This document shows, piece by piece, positions 12,462 through 26,522 of a DNA stretch of 64,000 nucleotides. Where the stretch lies: NCBI RefSeq assembly GCF_009914755.1, contig NC_060937.1; one strand, written 5' to 3'. The notes beneath the pieces were generated by a model, which worked only from the letters and a program-made list of their open reading frames with translations, ran no database searches and had not been told where the DNA came from. The DNA is from the human T2T-CHM13v2.0 reference genome, Homo sapiens. Position numbers and translations under genes: made by a program. The stretch's first letter is position 1. Every line of letters starts with the position of its first letter.

Positions 12462-15400
12462 GCTAAAACGGAACAGTAAAATTCATCAGTGTTCAGTGTG
12501 TTTTCAGGTGTTCAGACAGTGTTATCCGGACTCTGCCTCTGCATCTTTCAGTTCTGCCTCAGCATCGGCTCCTGCTTCAGTAGGCTCAGAAGGTGCTTCA
12601 CTGAGCCAGCAACATTACCCTATCCATTTAGAATCCAGAGGGAGTAAACTTTGTCCAAAAATTTTAGCTAAGTTCATGGAAGTCACCGTCTGTACTGAGG
12701 TCTGGATTTCATGGCTTCTATGGAGTTACAAGTGGAATAAAGTCATTTGGACTGAGGATTTGGAGTCTCCAAAGGAAAATCATGGTACTGTTATTACCTA
12801 CACCTGATGTCCAGCATATTGGGAACATAGGAGAAGCATAACGTCTTGAAAGAGAAAAAAATATTTAATTTTAGTCATAATGAGTTAAAAAGATACAGTA
12901 ATTAAATAAATGAATACTCATGCAGAACATATGAGCTAGATAAAGTGTTGGTCTTTGGAGAATTTTATCTATATTGAGTCTATTGTCTCTCACAATGCTG
13001 CTGTGAAATACATGTCTCCACATTTCAGATGAGAAAATTGAGGGAAACTGAAGATATTCAGAAATAATAGCAACCAACTAATACTATTTATTTACTATTT
13101 GCTGAATAATTTCCTAAATAAATTTTTAAAGTAATTATCTTTCCTGGCAATGCATAATTATTGAGAAGTCACTGTTATAAGCATCAAATGCCTAGCTATG
13201 TACAAAAAGACAAAGTCTCTGCCGTCTGGGAAATCATGCTACTATGACATAATAGTAAGCAGGTAGAAAAAGTTGGCTTTCAATACTTAAATACCATCAG
13301 CAAAGTATGATGGGAGGCCTTCATTTTAAATGAATGCTGTATGTTTAGCCCAACTCCCTCTAAACATAACTGATATATGAATTGATATCGTACTAGATAT
13401 TTCTGTTTTTGAGTCTCAGCATAATTTTGAGTGGAGAAAAAATATACATATATCTTTATCTGCAGTGAGATGCTCCTTCTATGTAAAGAAAATTGAAATA
13501 GAATTGTGTTGTTTCAGAAAAGCAAGATTAAATTTCTTTTGTTTAATAAATGTAAATTATTTACTTATTGAAAGTAGGTAAGGGGAAGATCATGATCACA
13601 GTTAATGATTATTGAGTCCTTGAAAAATACCAAATAGTCTTCACTTAAATCATCTTTAGATTAACTGGCATTATTATAAACCTATTTTACCAGCATAGAA
13701 ATTTTTGTGGTCAGCTGGCTGTTAATGCACCATACGCCGTATAGTCAGGATTTGAAGCCAGTGAGATACAGCTGAGCAGCATGCTTCTACTCACTACCCC
13801 ATGATGCCTCCATAGAACCCCGTGGTTTTCATTGGTGCTGCTTGTTCTCTTGTCTTTGCAGTTGACTCAGAGAAGTATAAAGGAAATTGCAGCCCCTTTC
13901 CTGATAATATCAGGGATAGGAAAGTGACTGCAAACATTGAACACAATTTTAAGAGTAAGAAATGCTTGGACTCACTGTTTCCTGAATCGCATAGTGCAGA
14001 ATATGAATTCAGGCAGTGGCTGACTTTGTCCTCCAACTGTATAAGCAAGGCAGTAGACTCCAGGAGGGAATCTGAGATAAGTTTTTTAATTTGTTTTAGT
14101 TATTAGTTTAGTAACCTGTGACACCTGGAGGTGGAGTTTCTGTGGTCCTCTTTAACTCTAAACGGATTATGGAGCAAGTTGATAAATAGTCCATCACCTA
14201 GAAAACAGTTATGAAGAACAGGCCTCAAAAAACAACTTCATTAATGTCCATGTTTTTGGAAAGGAAATTCTCCCTTATGCTTTTCACAGTTATAGAAATC
14301 TCAGGCAAAAAAAAGCCTTTTCATAAGTATTAGCACATACATTTTTTTAAAATAATGAGAATGTTTTAAATGTCACAGAAAATATAAGGAGACATAATAG
14401 TTACATTTCAATAATACACTTAACGTACAAAGTAGTAAAAAATCGTATGTTGTAATAGATGGGAATCGTATGTTGTAATAGATGGGAAATAGTAATTTGG
14501 TTCACAGTATTTGGAGCATGTTCATTAATCTAGATTAATACATTGTATATTTAATTTAGGTAGAAATAATATTTTTATTTTATAATTATATAAGAACATA
14601 GCTATTTTTCAAATTTATACATTATTTCCTTAGAATCTGAAACTAAAATTTGGTTTTAACTGTATTGTCACCTTAGTTTTTCTTTTTGGAGATATGTAAT
14701 TTAGGTCAGCTTAGTAATATCCAGAATTTACACCTGTAAAATTTAGCAGGATTTTAAGATATACCGATATTGTCAAGAAAGTATTAAATAAATCATAAAT
14801 TAATGACAATTAATGATAAAATAATACTAACAATAATCATGGAAAACATTGATCTTATTATCCTTGAAATACCAAAGAATTGGCACAACGATGGGATTTT
14901 TTCAGATTAAATGATCTAAATAATTGCTTCAGTCTTCTATTATACTTTCCCAAACTAGATTCTTAGGACTTTATGATATGTGGTAGTTAAGAGTATACAG
15001 AATGGAAGAAATAACATCCAGTAAGTTGTTTGCTTAACATACTTATCACAGTTCTCACTTATAAGCTAATTTAAGCAATCTTTTTTAGGTACGCATGTTC
15101 TAAGCTAAATCTAACATGGTTTTATTTTCTGATCTCAAAGAAGATAAATCTTAATTCTACTGAAGATATTGTTATCAATATCACTGTCTCATAAGCTTGC
15201 TAATATTTAGATATTGTGATACATACATACATACATACTTGATAAAATATAGGAGTAGACACACCTAGAAACAGATCTACCTTTTTTAATGAGGCTTTAG
15301 CTCATGGCAACTTGCGCACAAAGAAAGCATGACTGTAGCATCCATAGTAATAATATACAGGAGTAATCCTACTTCACTGAAGTACATTTATGAAAGGACA

Positions 15401-16399
15401 GCATTGTACCACAAGAAAGGTCATAAATTATAATGATACTGGTGAATGGATTTGTTAGAGAAAATAAGTAAAATGGTATTCAATATGTGAGAATCATTTA
15501 ACACTCAAAATTTTATTTTTTTCGCTAACTTCTATGAAACTTTCTATTGTTTTTTTCTGGGATTTGACTTCTCCATTTGGCGAGCTGTCATTTTGACAGG
15601 GGTTAACACCAAAGATCATCTTTCTGGAGGGCCATTTTACTAGAAAGCTTGAAGACAGCTGTGGTGGGATTTGCTTTATATTAAACCCAGTTTAGAGGAG
15701 AATGCAAAGTCCCCAGGTATACTGTTAAAGCAGGGCATTTCAAAGTAACATCTTGCTTGGTTGCCACTGTGAACTGCTATATCTTTATATTGTTGAAGCA
15801 GTATTTTTTCCCTCCGCCATTAAAGGTATTAATTGTAAGTGCTTGAGAAGCACTTGTAACAAAGCACCTCTGCTCCTACTATCATTTATTTAGTTTTAGC
15901 TTTCAAAACATAGAGAAATAACTGTTGTTTTATTTTTATATAACAGCACTTTAAAATGTTTATTTTTCTGCTGTTCCTAAACAAAGTCATAAAGTCATCT
16001 CCATTAGAGATCTTCCTGCTTATTGCAAACATCAAAAATTACCCATATGTGCTGAATAATTTTCACACTATATGAAAGCTTCAGGTTTTCCTTATAATTT
16101 TTCCCAATCTAGAATTTTGAATCTACATGGTTTAAGTAGTCCAGACCTTTGGTACCCAGATATAGATGAATTAATCATTGATGACTAATATATATTTTAT
16201 ATAGTTTGAATTTTATTAATTTGTATAATGAAGGGAACTTCAGCCTGTTGTATTCTATGGGAAAACAATCATCTGATGTACAGTGTTTACTTTCCAGCTT
16301 TGCAGCTATAGTGACTGGAAATGATAAAGTAGTTCCCAGAATTTCAGTGTTAATTACAGTGTAGTATATCATTGGGACCTTCTAGGATATTGTAGCTGT

Positions 16400-16828
16400 T
16401 ATTGTGATACTCTGTCAGTTTTCCTCTTCGGGGCCTCCAAGAAACCCATTTCCCAGTTTATGAGGAAGACCATTTACAGCTTCATCACTCAATTAGGAAT
16501 TGCCCTCAACCACAGGAAACTGCATAGTCAAGATTATGCCCATTGTGTGAATGCATCCCGAGGTCCATTGTTGTCCTATGGTGGGGATACCAAAGTTGAA
16601 CTCTTGTAACTCAACTTGGAACAGTGTGAAGGCTCATTTTAAGTCCAGAGCTGTTTATAGAATCAGCAGAATCCTCCATTGTCACCTTATTGTTTGGCAG
16701 CTTCCCCCTCTGTCTAATCCTGCATTTCTCACTTCTTTACAGATACGTATCTCAAGAGCACTCCACAACAAAGATTCTGCCTGCAATCCTCCACTTCAAG
16801 GTCTGTTCCAGGAAACCTGTGTAACACA
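16400..16828 (+). mobile_element. Old ERVL-class LTR (LTR33-like)
   Basis: ttccccctctgtctaatcctgcatttctcacttctttacag..caagagcactcc..aggtctgttccaggaaacct. Confidence 0.55.
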
Positions 16829-17434
16829 GTTATGCATAGAGTGGTCTTAGGAAGCTGACTCTAACATGAAAATTTAGAGTTGGATCTTTTGCTGACATAT
16901 TGAATATTCATAAGAGCATATGATACATTTGTCTATCATAAACATGTCATTTCAAAAAACCCTCAAAGTTGCCTTGTAGAACATAATTTTAAAACTAGTG
17001 TGTAGGAATATTTCATATCAGTTATTCAGTCTTCTTAATATCTGAACCGAAATTAATCTTCCATTCTGCTTTTATTTATAAATAATGATTTATTGTCAGA
17101 TTCAATAATTTATATTTTCATTTATTCTAAGGTAGGAAATACCAGCATAAAAATAAATTATTTGAAACAAATCACATTGTTGTCCCATTTTACCATTACT
17201 CACATGTAGAAGATATTGTTTTTAACAAAAACAATAAGAGAAACAGAAACTACCATTTATTAACTGATGCTTACTGGAAGCTTTAGAAGGATCTTATTTA
17301 ACTTTCAATCAAGTTTTTCATGGACATTTTTGTTATTGAGAAATAATTTTAATTTATCAGATCCTCAAAGCAAATTATATAGGTGCCATTATTAACAGAT
17401 TTTTTAAAAAAACCTGATTCATAGAAAAGGTTAA

Positions 17435-17850
17435 TGATATGGTTTGGATCTTTGACCCCATCAAATCTCATGTTGAATTGCAATCCCCAGTGCTGGAAGT
17501 GGGGCCTGGTGGGAGCTGATTAAATTATGGAGGTGGAGTTCTCGTGAATGGTATAGCACCATTCCTTTGGTGCTGTCTTGTGGTTGAGTTTTCATGACAT
17601 TTGGTTGTTTAAAAGTTTGTGGCATCTTTCCCATCTCTCTCTTGCTCTTCCTGCAGCCAGGTGAAGGGCTGTTCCCCCTTTGCCTTCTGCCATGATTGTA
17701 AATTTCCTGAGGCCTCCCCAAAAGCTGAGCAGGTGTCAGCATCATGCTTCCTTAACAGCCAATGGAATTACGAGTCAATTAAATCTATTTTCCTTATAAA
17801 TTACAAGTCTTCAGTTTTTCTTCATAGCAGTGAGGAAATGAACTAATTCA
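17435..17850 (+). mobile_element. MSTA-like MaLR solo LTR
   Basis: tgatatggtttggatc..gccttctgccatgattgtaaatttcctgaggcctcccc..gaactaattca. Confidence 0.9.
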
Positions 17851-18254
17851 GCTAGTAAATGACAAATGCCATAAAAATAGCAAATAGCACAAGAAGATAT
17901 CCAACCAAGACTAGGGGACTCCAGAACCTAAGGATTTCTGAAAGCATAGGTTTTTAAGAGTGTGAAGAAACTAAGCCTGGGACACATTTAGGAACTCAAT
18001 TACATAAGAAATAAAAATCATATATAGACTATTTAAATTTAGAAGAGGAGGAGGAGAGGAGAAAGATAAGGAAGAGGAGGAGGAGGAAGAAGAAGACATT
18101 CTGGCTTAGCACATTTACTCTAGTCTATAGGGAAAGCTCAGTTATACCCGTTCCCCACTAACCCTAAGAGGAGCTCTAATGTTCATAAGGGGCTTTCTCA
18201 AGGACTCAAATAAATCCTCAGGGATACAAAACGATGGGATACCAAGCAGTAGAG

Positions 18255-18255
<1 letters not shown>

Positions 18256-18298
<43 letters not shown>
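18256..18298. repeat. (TG)n microsatellite (GA-rich tract also at ~18042-18096)
   Basis: Directly visible. Confidence 0.95.
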
Positions 18299-18300
<2 letters not shown>

Positions 18301-18764
18301 GACAAATAGATGAAAAATTTTATTTTCTTTTGAGACATAATCATTTTGTTTGGAGTCTCTCTCTTTTTCTCTCGATTCTCTTTCTCTCCCTCTGTCTTTC
18401 TTTTTCTTTCTCACTTTCCCTTTGCAATACTAGTGAAGTAAGACAAAATGAAATGAGCATGGGATCTTTCTCTAGCTTGATAGATCGTTTGTTATTATTT
18501 GTTTCTTCATTACAAACTTCCCTGTTAAACTTTCATGGCTTAAAACAAAATACTATATCTTGTTCCTGAAACTGAACTTTGGGCAGGGCCCAGTGTGAAG
18601 GTCTCATCTCTGTCTATGTCAATCAGGTCAGCTGAGGAAATTCAACTGGGGCTCCAGGCATAATTTTCAAGACAGCTCACAGATGTCACCAATGTGACAT
18701 AATAAATGACACCAATTATTATTTAAGAGAAATTGAAAAGGCTTTTAAAAATGGCTTGTCTCTA

Positions 18765-19063
18765 GCTTCATCCATGTCCCTACAGCAAACTGTCACAAGG
18801 ACAAAAAATCAAACACCGCTTGTTCTCACTCATAGGTGCGAATTGAACAATGAGAACATTTGGACACAGGAAGGGGAACATTACACACCGGGGCCTGTTG
18901 TGGGGTGGGGGGAGCGGGGAGGGATAGCATTAGGAGATATACCCAATGTAAGTGACGAGTTAATGGGTGCAGCACACCAACATGGCACATGTATACATAT
19001 GTAATAAACCTGCATGTTGTGCACATGTACCCTAGAACTTAAAGTATAATAAAAAAAAAAAAA
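18765..19063 (+). mobile_element. Short L1PA (L1PA3-5-like) 3' end with a 20-bp 5' inversion and TSD
   Basis: ..gggatagcattaggagatatacc..tagaacttaaagtataat(A)n; TSD aaaaa(t/c)ggcttgtctcta at 18747-18764 and 19059-19076. Confidence 0.93.
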
Positions 19064-19398
19064 CGGCTTGTCTCTATTTACCATCCTAGGATTCTTAACA
19101 CTGTGGATGACCTCCTTTTCTAAAGAAATTTTTTCCTTTTTGATTTATTGAATGTTTTATTCTAATTTCTCTACCTCTTTGACTGCTTCTCTCTCTCTAC
19201 TTGTAAACAGTTGTCTTTCAAGGCAAGGTCATGGTTTTGATGTCTTATATTCCACCAAGAAAACAAAAAGTGGTGGCTTCAATAATTGCCTTTAGTCACA
19301 GGAGCCTGAGTCCTGGACTCAGACTTCCTGGAATTGAATCTCTCTCTCCAGGTACTCGGTGTCTCCATACCTCAGTTTTCTTACAGGTAAAAATCTGG

Positions 19399-19940
19399 TG
19401 TATTAGTCAGGTTTCTCTAGGGCAACAGGACTAAGAGGATAGATGTAGATATGAAAGGGAGTTTATTAAGGAATACTGACTCATATGATCACAAGGTGAA
19501 GTCCCACAAAAGGCTGTCTGTAAGCTGAGGAGCAAGGAAGCCAGACCGTGTCCCAAAACCTCCAAAGTAGGGAAGCCAACAGTGCAATCTTCAGTCTGTG
19601 GCCAAAGGCCCCTGACAAAGCACTGGAGTAAGTCCAAGAGTCCAAAACCTGAAGAACTTGGAGTCTGATGTCCAAGGGCAGGAGGTATCCAGCACGAGAG
19701 AAAGGTGGAGGCCAGAAATCTCAGGCAGTCTAATCTTTCCATGTTCCTCTGCCTATTTTTATCCTAGCTGCACTGGAAGCTGAGTAGGTGTTGCCCACCC
19801 AGATTAAGGGTGGATCTGCCTCTCCTAGCCCATTGACTCAAACATTAATCTCCCTTGGCAACACCTTCACAGACACACCCAGGAACAATAATTTTCATTC
19901 TTCAATATGATCAAGTTCATACTCAATATTAACCACCACA
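19399..19940 (-). mobile_element. MLT2A-like ERVL LTR inserted in a MIR (~19270-19398 and 19941-20050)
   Basis: tgtattagtcaggtttctctag..cacagacacacccaggaacaata..aatattaaccaccaca. Confidence 0.88.
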
Positions 19941-20479
19941 TTTAGGAAATTATACTGCCTTGCTCATAGGGACATTATAAGGATTAAAATGTGAAAATAG
20001 GCTTAAAACATCTGGCACATTATATATTAAGCACTTATTAACATGGGCTGTTTACTTCGGCCCTGACCTGAACGATTCTTCTCAACCATTTTTCTTGTTC
20101 CTGTTCTTCTTGCTCAATTTAATATTTTCTCCTGATTTCCAGAGAGTAATTAGTAGTTAAAAATAAAGACTTAGTGATTAAAAGTCAATATCACATTTTA
20201 AGAAGAGTACCATTTAAGAAACGAGAAGACAATGTAGGCCTGGAGGCACGAATATTTAATTGATGGCTGCTGTGGTAATTTGGGCATGAAATGTGGACAG
20301 CCTGAGGTAAGGAAATGGTGATAGGCATGATAGAGAGCTTTTGGAAACAGAGCGCATATAAGACTGACTGTATGTATAAGTAGCATGGTTTATAGTGATT
20401 GAAATACTGAATGAATTGTTTGGTAACTCAATACAGAGAATAGAGATTGGTGACTGGTAATGAGTGTTACAATAAAAGC

Positions 20480-21050
20480 AGTGATAAGTTCAGTTTTGGA
20501 TATCCTCATGGCGAGCTGTCTTTAAGAAATTCAATTAGAGCTACACAATGCATATATGTATATACATATACTGGTCTTAAACTCAAAAAGGAGATGTGTG
20601 ATCTGTAGATACACATTTACTGGCTATTAGCCCATGAATATGCATAAGATCACTTAAGGAGAGTTTGGAGAGTAAGAAGAAAATTGAGCTCAGAAGAGAA
20701 TGCTATGTGACACTAACTGTAAATGATGTATGGAAGAATGACATGAAGAAGAGTCTACAAAAGTAATTGAGAAAGAATGCTCAGAAATGTAAAAAAAAAT
20801 CTTGAGACACTAGTGTCACAGGAGCTATGGATGACTGCATTTTGAGAGTGAAAATGTGAAGCAATCTAACAGTAGTATATACCATAAAGAGAAGACTCCC
20901 ACTTGAATTTGTTCCTGAGATTTAGCAAACTAGAGGACACTGGAAATTTCCTAACAGCACTTTTCACTTGAATAGTTGAATTGGAAGCCATACTACCATG
21001 AGTTTTAAGACAGTGGGAATAGAAATGTGAAATGGGAAGAGGAAAATACA
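20480..21050 (-). mobile_element. L2 fragment
   Basis: gataagttcagttttggata..tgtagatacacattt..gatcacttaaggagagt..gatttagcaaactagagg. Confidence 0.6.
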
Positions 21051-23734
21051 ATTTGGAACATTGGTGTGAAGGAGAACAATGGTGTAGCTGCAGTAGGTTG
21101 CAGGTATGTATAAAGATTAAATAAAAATTGTTATGTGTGTTCATTTGTTTTCTGAGCTCATGGAAATGTAGAGATGCTTACTTTGGACAGGAAAGAAATA
21201 GAGTGGGAAATTTGGCATCCCAGATAGGGTAGTGGATGATCTATGAAGCAAAATCCATGATAATGGAAGAGATGGGAAAACATGCCTCCCCATTTTTTCC
21301 TGTGAAAGACTGAACATTAGATTTGGGAAAAATGTGACACATCCCTGGAAATGAAAGAGGATAGAACATAAAGATCAATACAAATCCAGATGGATGTACA
21401 GATTGAGACAAGGAGAAAGAGAGAAGTGAAGACCTCCCTTCTGATTTACCACTCATATGACGACTACTATCCTCCTTCTGTTCCTTTATGGTCTTTTTCT
21501 TCTCTTGTTTTACTCCTCCTTTTATTATTCTTTTAAACAAGCATAAAATATTTGGTATTGAAACACAGCACATTTCCAAGAACACAAAATTATAATTGGA
21601 TTTTGGATTTCCACACTGCAAAATAAAATAATGTTATATTATTTTTGAGATATCAGTAGAGAAAATATTATAATGAATCAAAGACTGGGCTGAAGAAACC
21701 TTTGGCAGAAAGAAATTGAAAACATATATTTTCTTGGATACATAATATTTTCTTCAATCATATAAAAGACAAAAAATAAACCAAAAAGACAAAACCCAGT
21801 ACCTATTGTCTCCATTTGGCCATAGCCAGGTTTATACCACAGTGCCTAACCCCCATCACCTGGGAATCTGACACCTGCATTCTTGATTGAAATGATTACC
21901 TATAGCATCCTCATTCTTTATTTTTGGAGGTTATTATGATATTCATTTTTTAGTAAAAACTTGCAGCTATCATTTGTTTGATAATTGAGCAACTATTTCA
22001 ATCTTTTGTTAGAACTCTGCTGTTTTGAGGTTTTATTCTGAAAATAAAATGACCTGGAATGTTTTCATTTTAGTTTGGATGGGAAAAAACAAAGTGAATA
22101 CCATGGTAAATATGTCCATTGCAATTCTAAATTACCTAATTTTAATCCCATATGTTCTGAGGATAGTAAAAGAAAAGCACTGATGAAAAACAATTGTAAG
22201 ACATTTTACACACCATTAAGAAATAAATAAATTACTTTAGGGCCCATGTAATACTCTTTTGGAATTTTGTTTTATCTGAATAAGTTTCAGGCCAAGTCTC
22301 TTTAGTTAACGTCATTATCTTTAATTCTGCATTAAAGAGAATTACACTGATATTTTTTACATTTGTGGTCTTTTTTCTCCACTCTTTGTGAATGCTATTT
22401 TTAACTTTTGCTACTTCTACACTCTGAAAGTCCAGAAAGAACATAACTTTGCATGAAGGCAAACAAACTTTATGCATCTTCTGGGCCACCTCTCCCAGAA
22501 GGGTGATTTAGTAAATTCATCCCTTGCACCAAATGTTAAACCTCTATTTAGGCAACTGTTAGCAGAACAAATAAAATGCATTTTGTTATTCCATATAATG
22601 CTAGGTATTAACAAACTATATTATGTTTGTAGAACTATCTGAAGGCAACTAATATATGTATAAAATGTGTTAAATATTATCTAGGGCTACTAAATGAGAT
22701 GTTTAATGTTGTAGATATCATGATTCATCAAATTATTTGGTTATTTTTGCTGTGGGAAATAATTTAAATATGTATTCATAAAATTTTTTCAAAGATTTTT
22801 CAGGATTAAATAATCACTTCAAACAAATTAGAATGAGATGTTTTGAGAGTACTATGAATTGAGTCAATATTCATTTCAATCACTTTCTAATACAATTTTA
22901 TTTAATAAAAATGTGGTAAACTAAAAACAAATGAAATTATTAATAGATACATAGATGAACACATACATACATACATACATACATAGATAATTACCATTTT
23001 CAGATTCCTTTGCAGATGGACTCCCATACAGCTGTGGTTCCTCTAAGTAGTTATAACTACATCGAATCAGAGGAAGGAAGCGAGCAATCAGAGGAAGCAA
23101 CTATATTGAGGAGTGTTGGCTTCTTTAGAAAGCAGGCAGCACCGTTTCAGTGGGTATTCAGGTCTTGTTTTCAGGTCTAGTGGAAGTCCTAGCATATAAT
23201 TATTAAAATCCTTAGTGCTTAGAACTATAAAAAATAGGTTGGGGCTTTCATTTAAAGATAACTAAATATGACTGAGCTTTTTCTTAACTTCTGTTGTTGC
23301 TGTCCTTCTTGGAGATTCTCCCAGCTCTCTAAGACTCTAATAAATCTTCCTATTTAAGCGAAACACACAGATTAGTAATGAAAGGGACACTGATATAGGT
23401 TAAAAACTACACTTGTATAGAAAGAGTGCCCCAATTTGGTACCTAGCGATACGGGGGTGGAGCAGAGGAAGGCCAGCTCCTAGAAGGAGAGGAAGAACTA
23501 AGTAGGTGGGGAGAGAGAAAGAGCGAGAACCTCAGAGAAAGCCTGGGAGGAAGCTGTGGGGAGTGAATGTAATAGCAAGAGTCCCAGAAATGTCAATGAA
23601 TCTTTCCAAATACTTAACATTAACGGTGCTATTCATAAAAGTACGCTGCCTTGAAATGCAGTATCCCATGCGATTAGATCTTACTGTAGCAGCCGCAGAT
23701 ACCAGCTAGATCACTTCTATTGTCCATTACCACC

Positions 23735-24078
23735 TATGATGATTAACATTGAGTGTCAATTTGATTGGATTGAAGGATATGAAGTATTGTTCCTGGGTGT
23801 GTCTGTGAGGGTGTTGCCAAAGGAGATTAACATTTTAGTCAGTGGACTGGGGAAGGCAGATGCACCCTCAATCTGGGTGGGCATCACCTAATCAGCTGCC
23901 AGTGTGGCCAGAATAAAAGCAGACAGAAGAACCTGGAGAAACTAGACTGGCTTAGTTTCCCAGCCTCCATCTTTCTCCCTGCTGGATCCTTCCTGTCCTC
24001 GGATATCGGACTCCAAGTTATTCGGCTTTGGGACTCTTGGACCTTCAACCACAGACTGAAGGCTGCACTGTCAGCTTT
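23735..24078 (+). mobile_element. MLT2A-like ERVL LTR, 3'-truncated
   Basis: tatgatgattaacattgagtgtcaatttgattggattgaagg..cacagactgaaggctgcactgtcagc, then stops. Confidence 0.85.
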
Positions 24079-24861
24079 TTAAAGAGACTGTGGGTGGAAG
24101 GGAGAAATAATTGCATTGATGATGTTTTTGCAGGCTATCGTGTGATAATTTTATTTAGCAGCTGCTGTCTCTCAAAATATTGTATGATGTTAGAAATAAT
24201 GGGTCATGTATATTCCTAGATCAAGAAATCGATTCCAATATATGTTATCAAAGATGATTCTGTCTTGAATTTGAACAGCAGACCAGGGACACTGGCTTCC
24301 TTATTATTGGAAATAAATGGAAATGTAGAAAAATATTAATATGTTTCTAAAATGTATGTTTAAGTATATAATTTTTCCAAGAATATCTATACATAAATGT
24401 ATTTGAATAAATGCAATTAACAACATATTTTCATATATATTTGCATATTACAATACATATATAAGCTTATTTCTAGTTAATATATAGTATAGAGCAATTA
24501 CATTTTAAAGTTTTAATTCTATGATTAGATTCATTTAACAAAACTATAACGCTGATGCTGCTGATAAACGCTATTTGAGTTGACTTAAGCATATGAGGAG
24601 AGAAATAAATTAGATTTTTGGCAAGAATTGCTCTCTGTTTCCTAACAACAGCTTGCTCAGTTTAATTCCTAACAAGGTCATCATCCAATCCTCTGTAAAT
24701 TTGAAATTTAAGTTTTAAGAGTCAGGAACAGATGTGATGTGTTAATTGCAAACTTGCTTGTTTTGTGAGTTGATAGTCTCAGGTTGAATTGTTTATTCAT
24801 CTATTAACAATTTAACTAAATGGAGATCATTATGTTTATTTTTCACTTGGTCAGTTACAAA

Positions 24862-25165
24862 TTATTTATTATTTTTTTTTTGAGATGGACAGAGTCTCAT
24901 TCTGTCGCCCAGGCTGGGGTGGAGTGGCACGATCTCGGCTTACTGTAACCTCTGCCTCCCGGGTTCAAGGGATTCCCGTCCCAGCCTCCCAAGTAGCTGG
25001 GATTACAGGTGCCTGCTACCACACCTGGCTAATTTTTGTATTTTTAGTAGAGACGGGGTTTCACCATGTTGGCCATGCTGGTCTCCAATTCCTGACCTCA
25101 GGAGATACACCCGCCTTGGCCTTCCAAAGTGCTGGGATTACAGGCGTGAGCCACTGCGGCCAGCC
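24862..25165 (-). mobile_element. AluS
   Basis: Full dimer, antisense. Confidence 0.95.
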
Positions 25166-26204
25166 AGTTAAAACTTACTTCCCTGTTCCTACGAGGTAGT
25201 GTTTATTATGCTATGAGATAACCTCCATGGGGCTGTGTGAAGAGCAATTTAAACACCAGGGAGGGATCCAATTTTATCCTTTCTTCAGCTCCAATGTCTC
25301 ACACAGTTTTATTAATAAGAAGCAATCATCAACATAAAAAGGCAGGCTGATCAGAGGCCCCCTCCTGTTGTCTTCCTCTTTGTCTTGTCTCACCTCCACC
25401 TCTTTGTCTTCATTCCTTTAGTGATTCCCTAAGGTCCACAAAGAACGCAAGAGGCAGCAATGAAAGCTGTGCTAAGTGACAATGTGGCCAAGACATAAGC
25501 AGAGTAGATGCTCATAGAAGGCACCAATTCAAGAGGAAGCCCGCTGCTCATAGTGATACTTCCCTGCCCACGTTTCTGTACACTTGGGCAGTGCAGCACC
25601 TCTTCTATAGTGTCTCTTATTTTTCACTTCTTGACACACGGTTGCATTGTTGTTGTTGTTGTTTTGACAACAGGTTTAGCCTTGGGACTTGCTTCTAAAT
25701 GTAAGCAGCAGTGATTTGTGAAGTGTGACAAACTGGGACTCAATTCTCCATGTTGTCTTGTTAGTTATGACCTTGAAAGCTTTTTTCCACATGGATCTTC
25801 AAATAGATACAGTGAGTAAAGTCTTCTAGTAACTTGCATGGCCATGTAAAAGAAATAACCTTTCACTGGATTAAACCAGTGATAATATGTGAAAGCTATA
25901 AGAAGTATCCTAGGTGAAAAGTGTATATTCACGTCAGACATGAGATAAATGCTCAATAAATGTGTTTTCTCACTCATAATCCAAGCAACATATTTCATTT
26001 CAAAGCAAGAGAGGACTTTAGACAGCAATTCTAGCTCTTAAACTTTAGTTTCCTATATAAAATGGGAAAGATCAATTTTTAAAATTCTATTTTTAATAAC
26101 TTTCAGGAATATCAATATTTTGTGAACATTCTGTTCTAATGTTAAAACACTGACAGAAACTATGATGCTTAGCTTCAGTTCCATTTGATTTTATTTAAGC
26201 TGCC

Positions 26205-26456
26205 GCATTTCAAAAAGCAAAACTTGAATTTTCCATGCACTGAATTCTGTTGAATCCATGATAATTAAATGACGTGTAGGCTCCGTATTTAGGCATTATA
26301 AGTAATCTAGAGATAATTTAAAGTATACGGGAGCATACTCATAGGTTATATGCAAATATTGCAGCATTTTATATAAGATGTTTGGACATTTGCCAGTCTT
26401 GTTATCTGATGAGGGTCCTGGAATCAATCACCCATGAACACTGAAGGTCAGCTGTA
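26205..26456. mobile_element. Tigger3/MER2-family DNA transposon fragment
   Basis: caaaaagcaaaacttgaattt..ttataagtaatctagagataatttaaagtatacggg..gggtcctggaatcaatc..cagctgta. Confidence 0.8.
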
Positions 26457-26468
26457 GTTTTTTTTCCT

Positions 26469-26471
<3 letters not shown>

Positions 26472-26521
<50 letters not shown>
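26472..26521. repeat. (CA)n microsatellite
   Basis: Directly visible, ~25 units. Confidence 0.97.
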
Positions 26522-26522
<1 letters not shown>

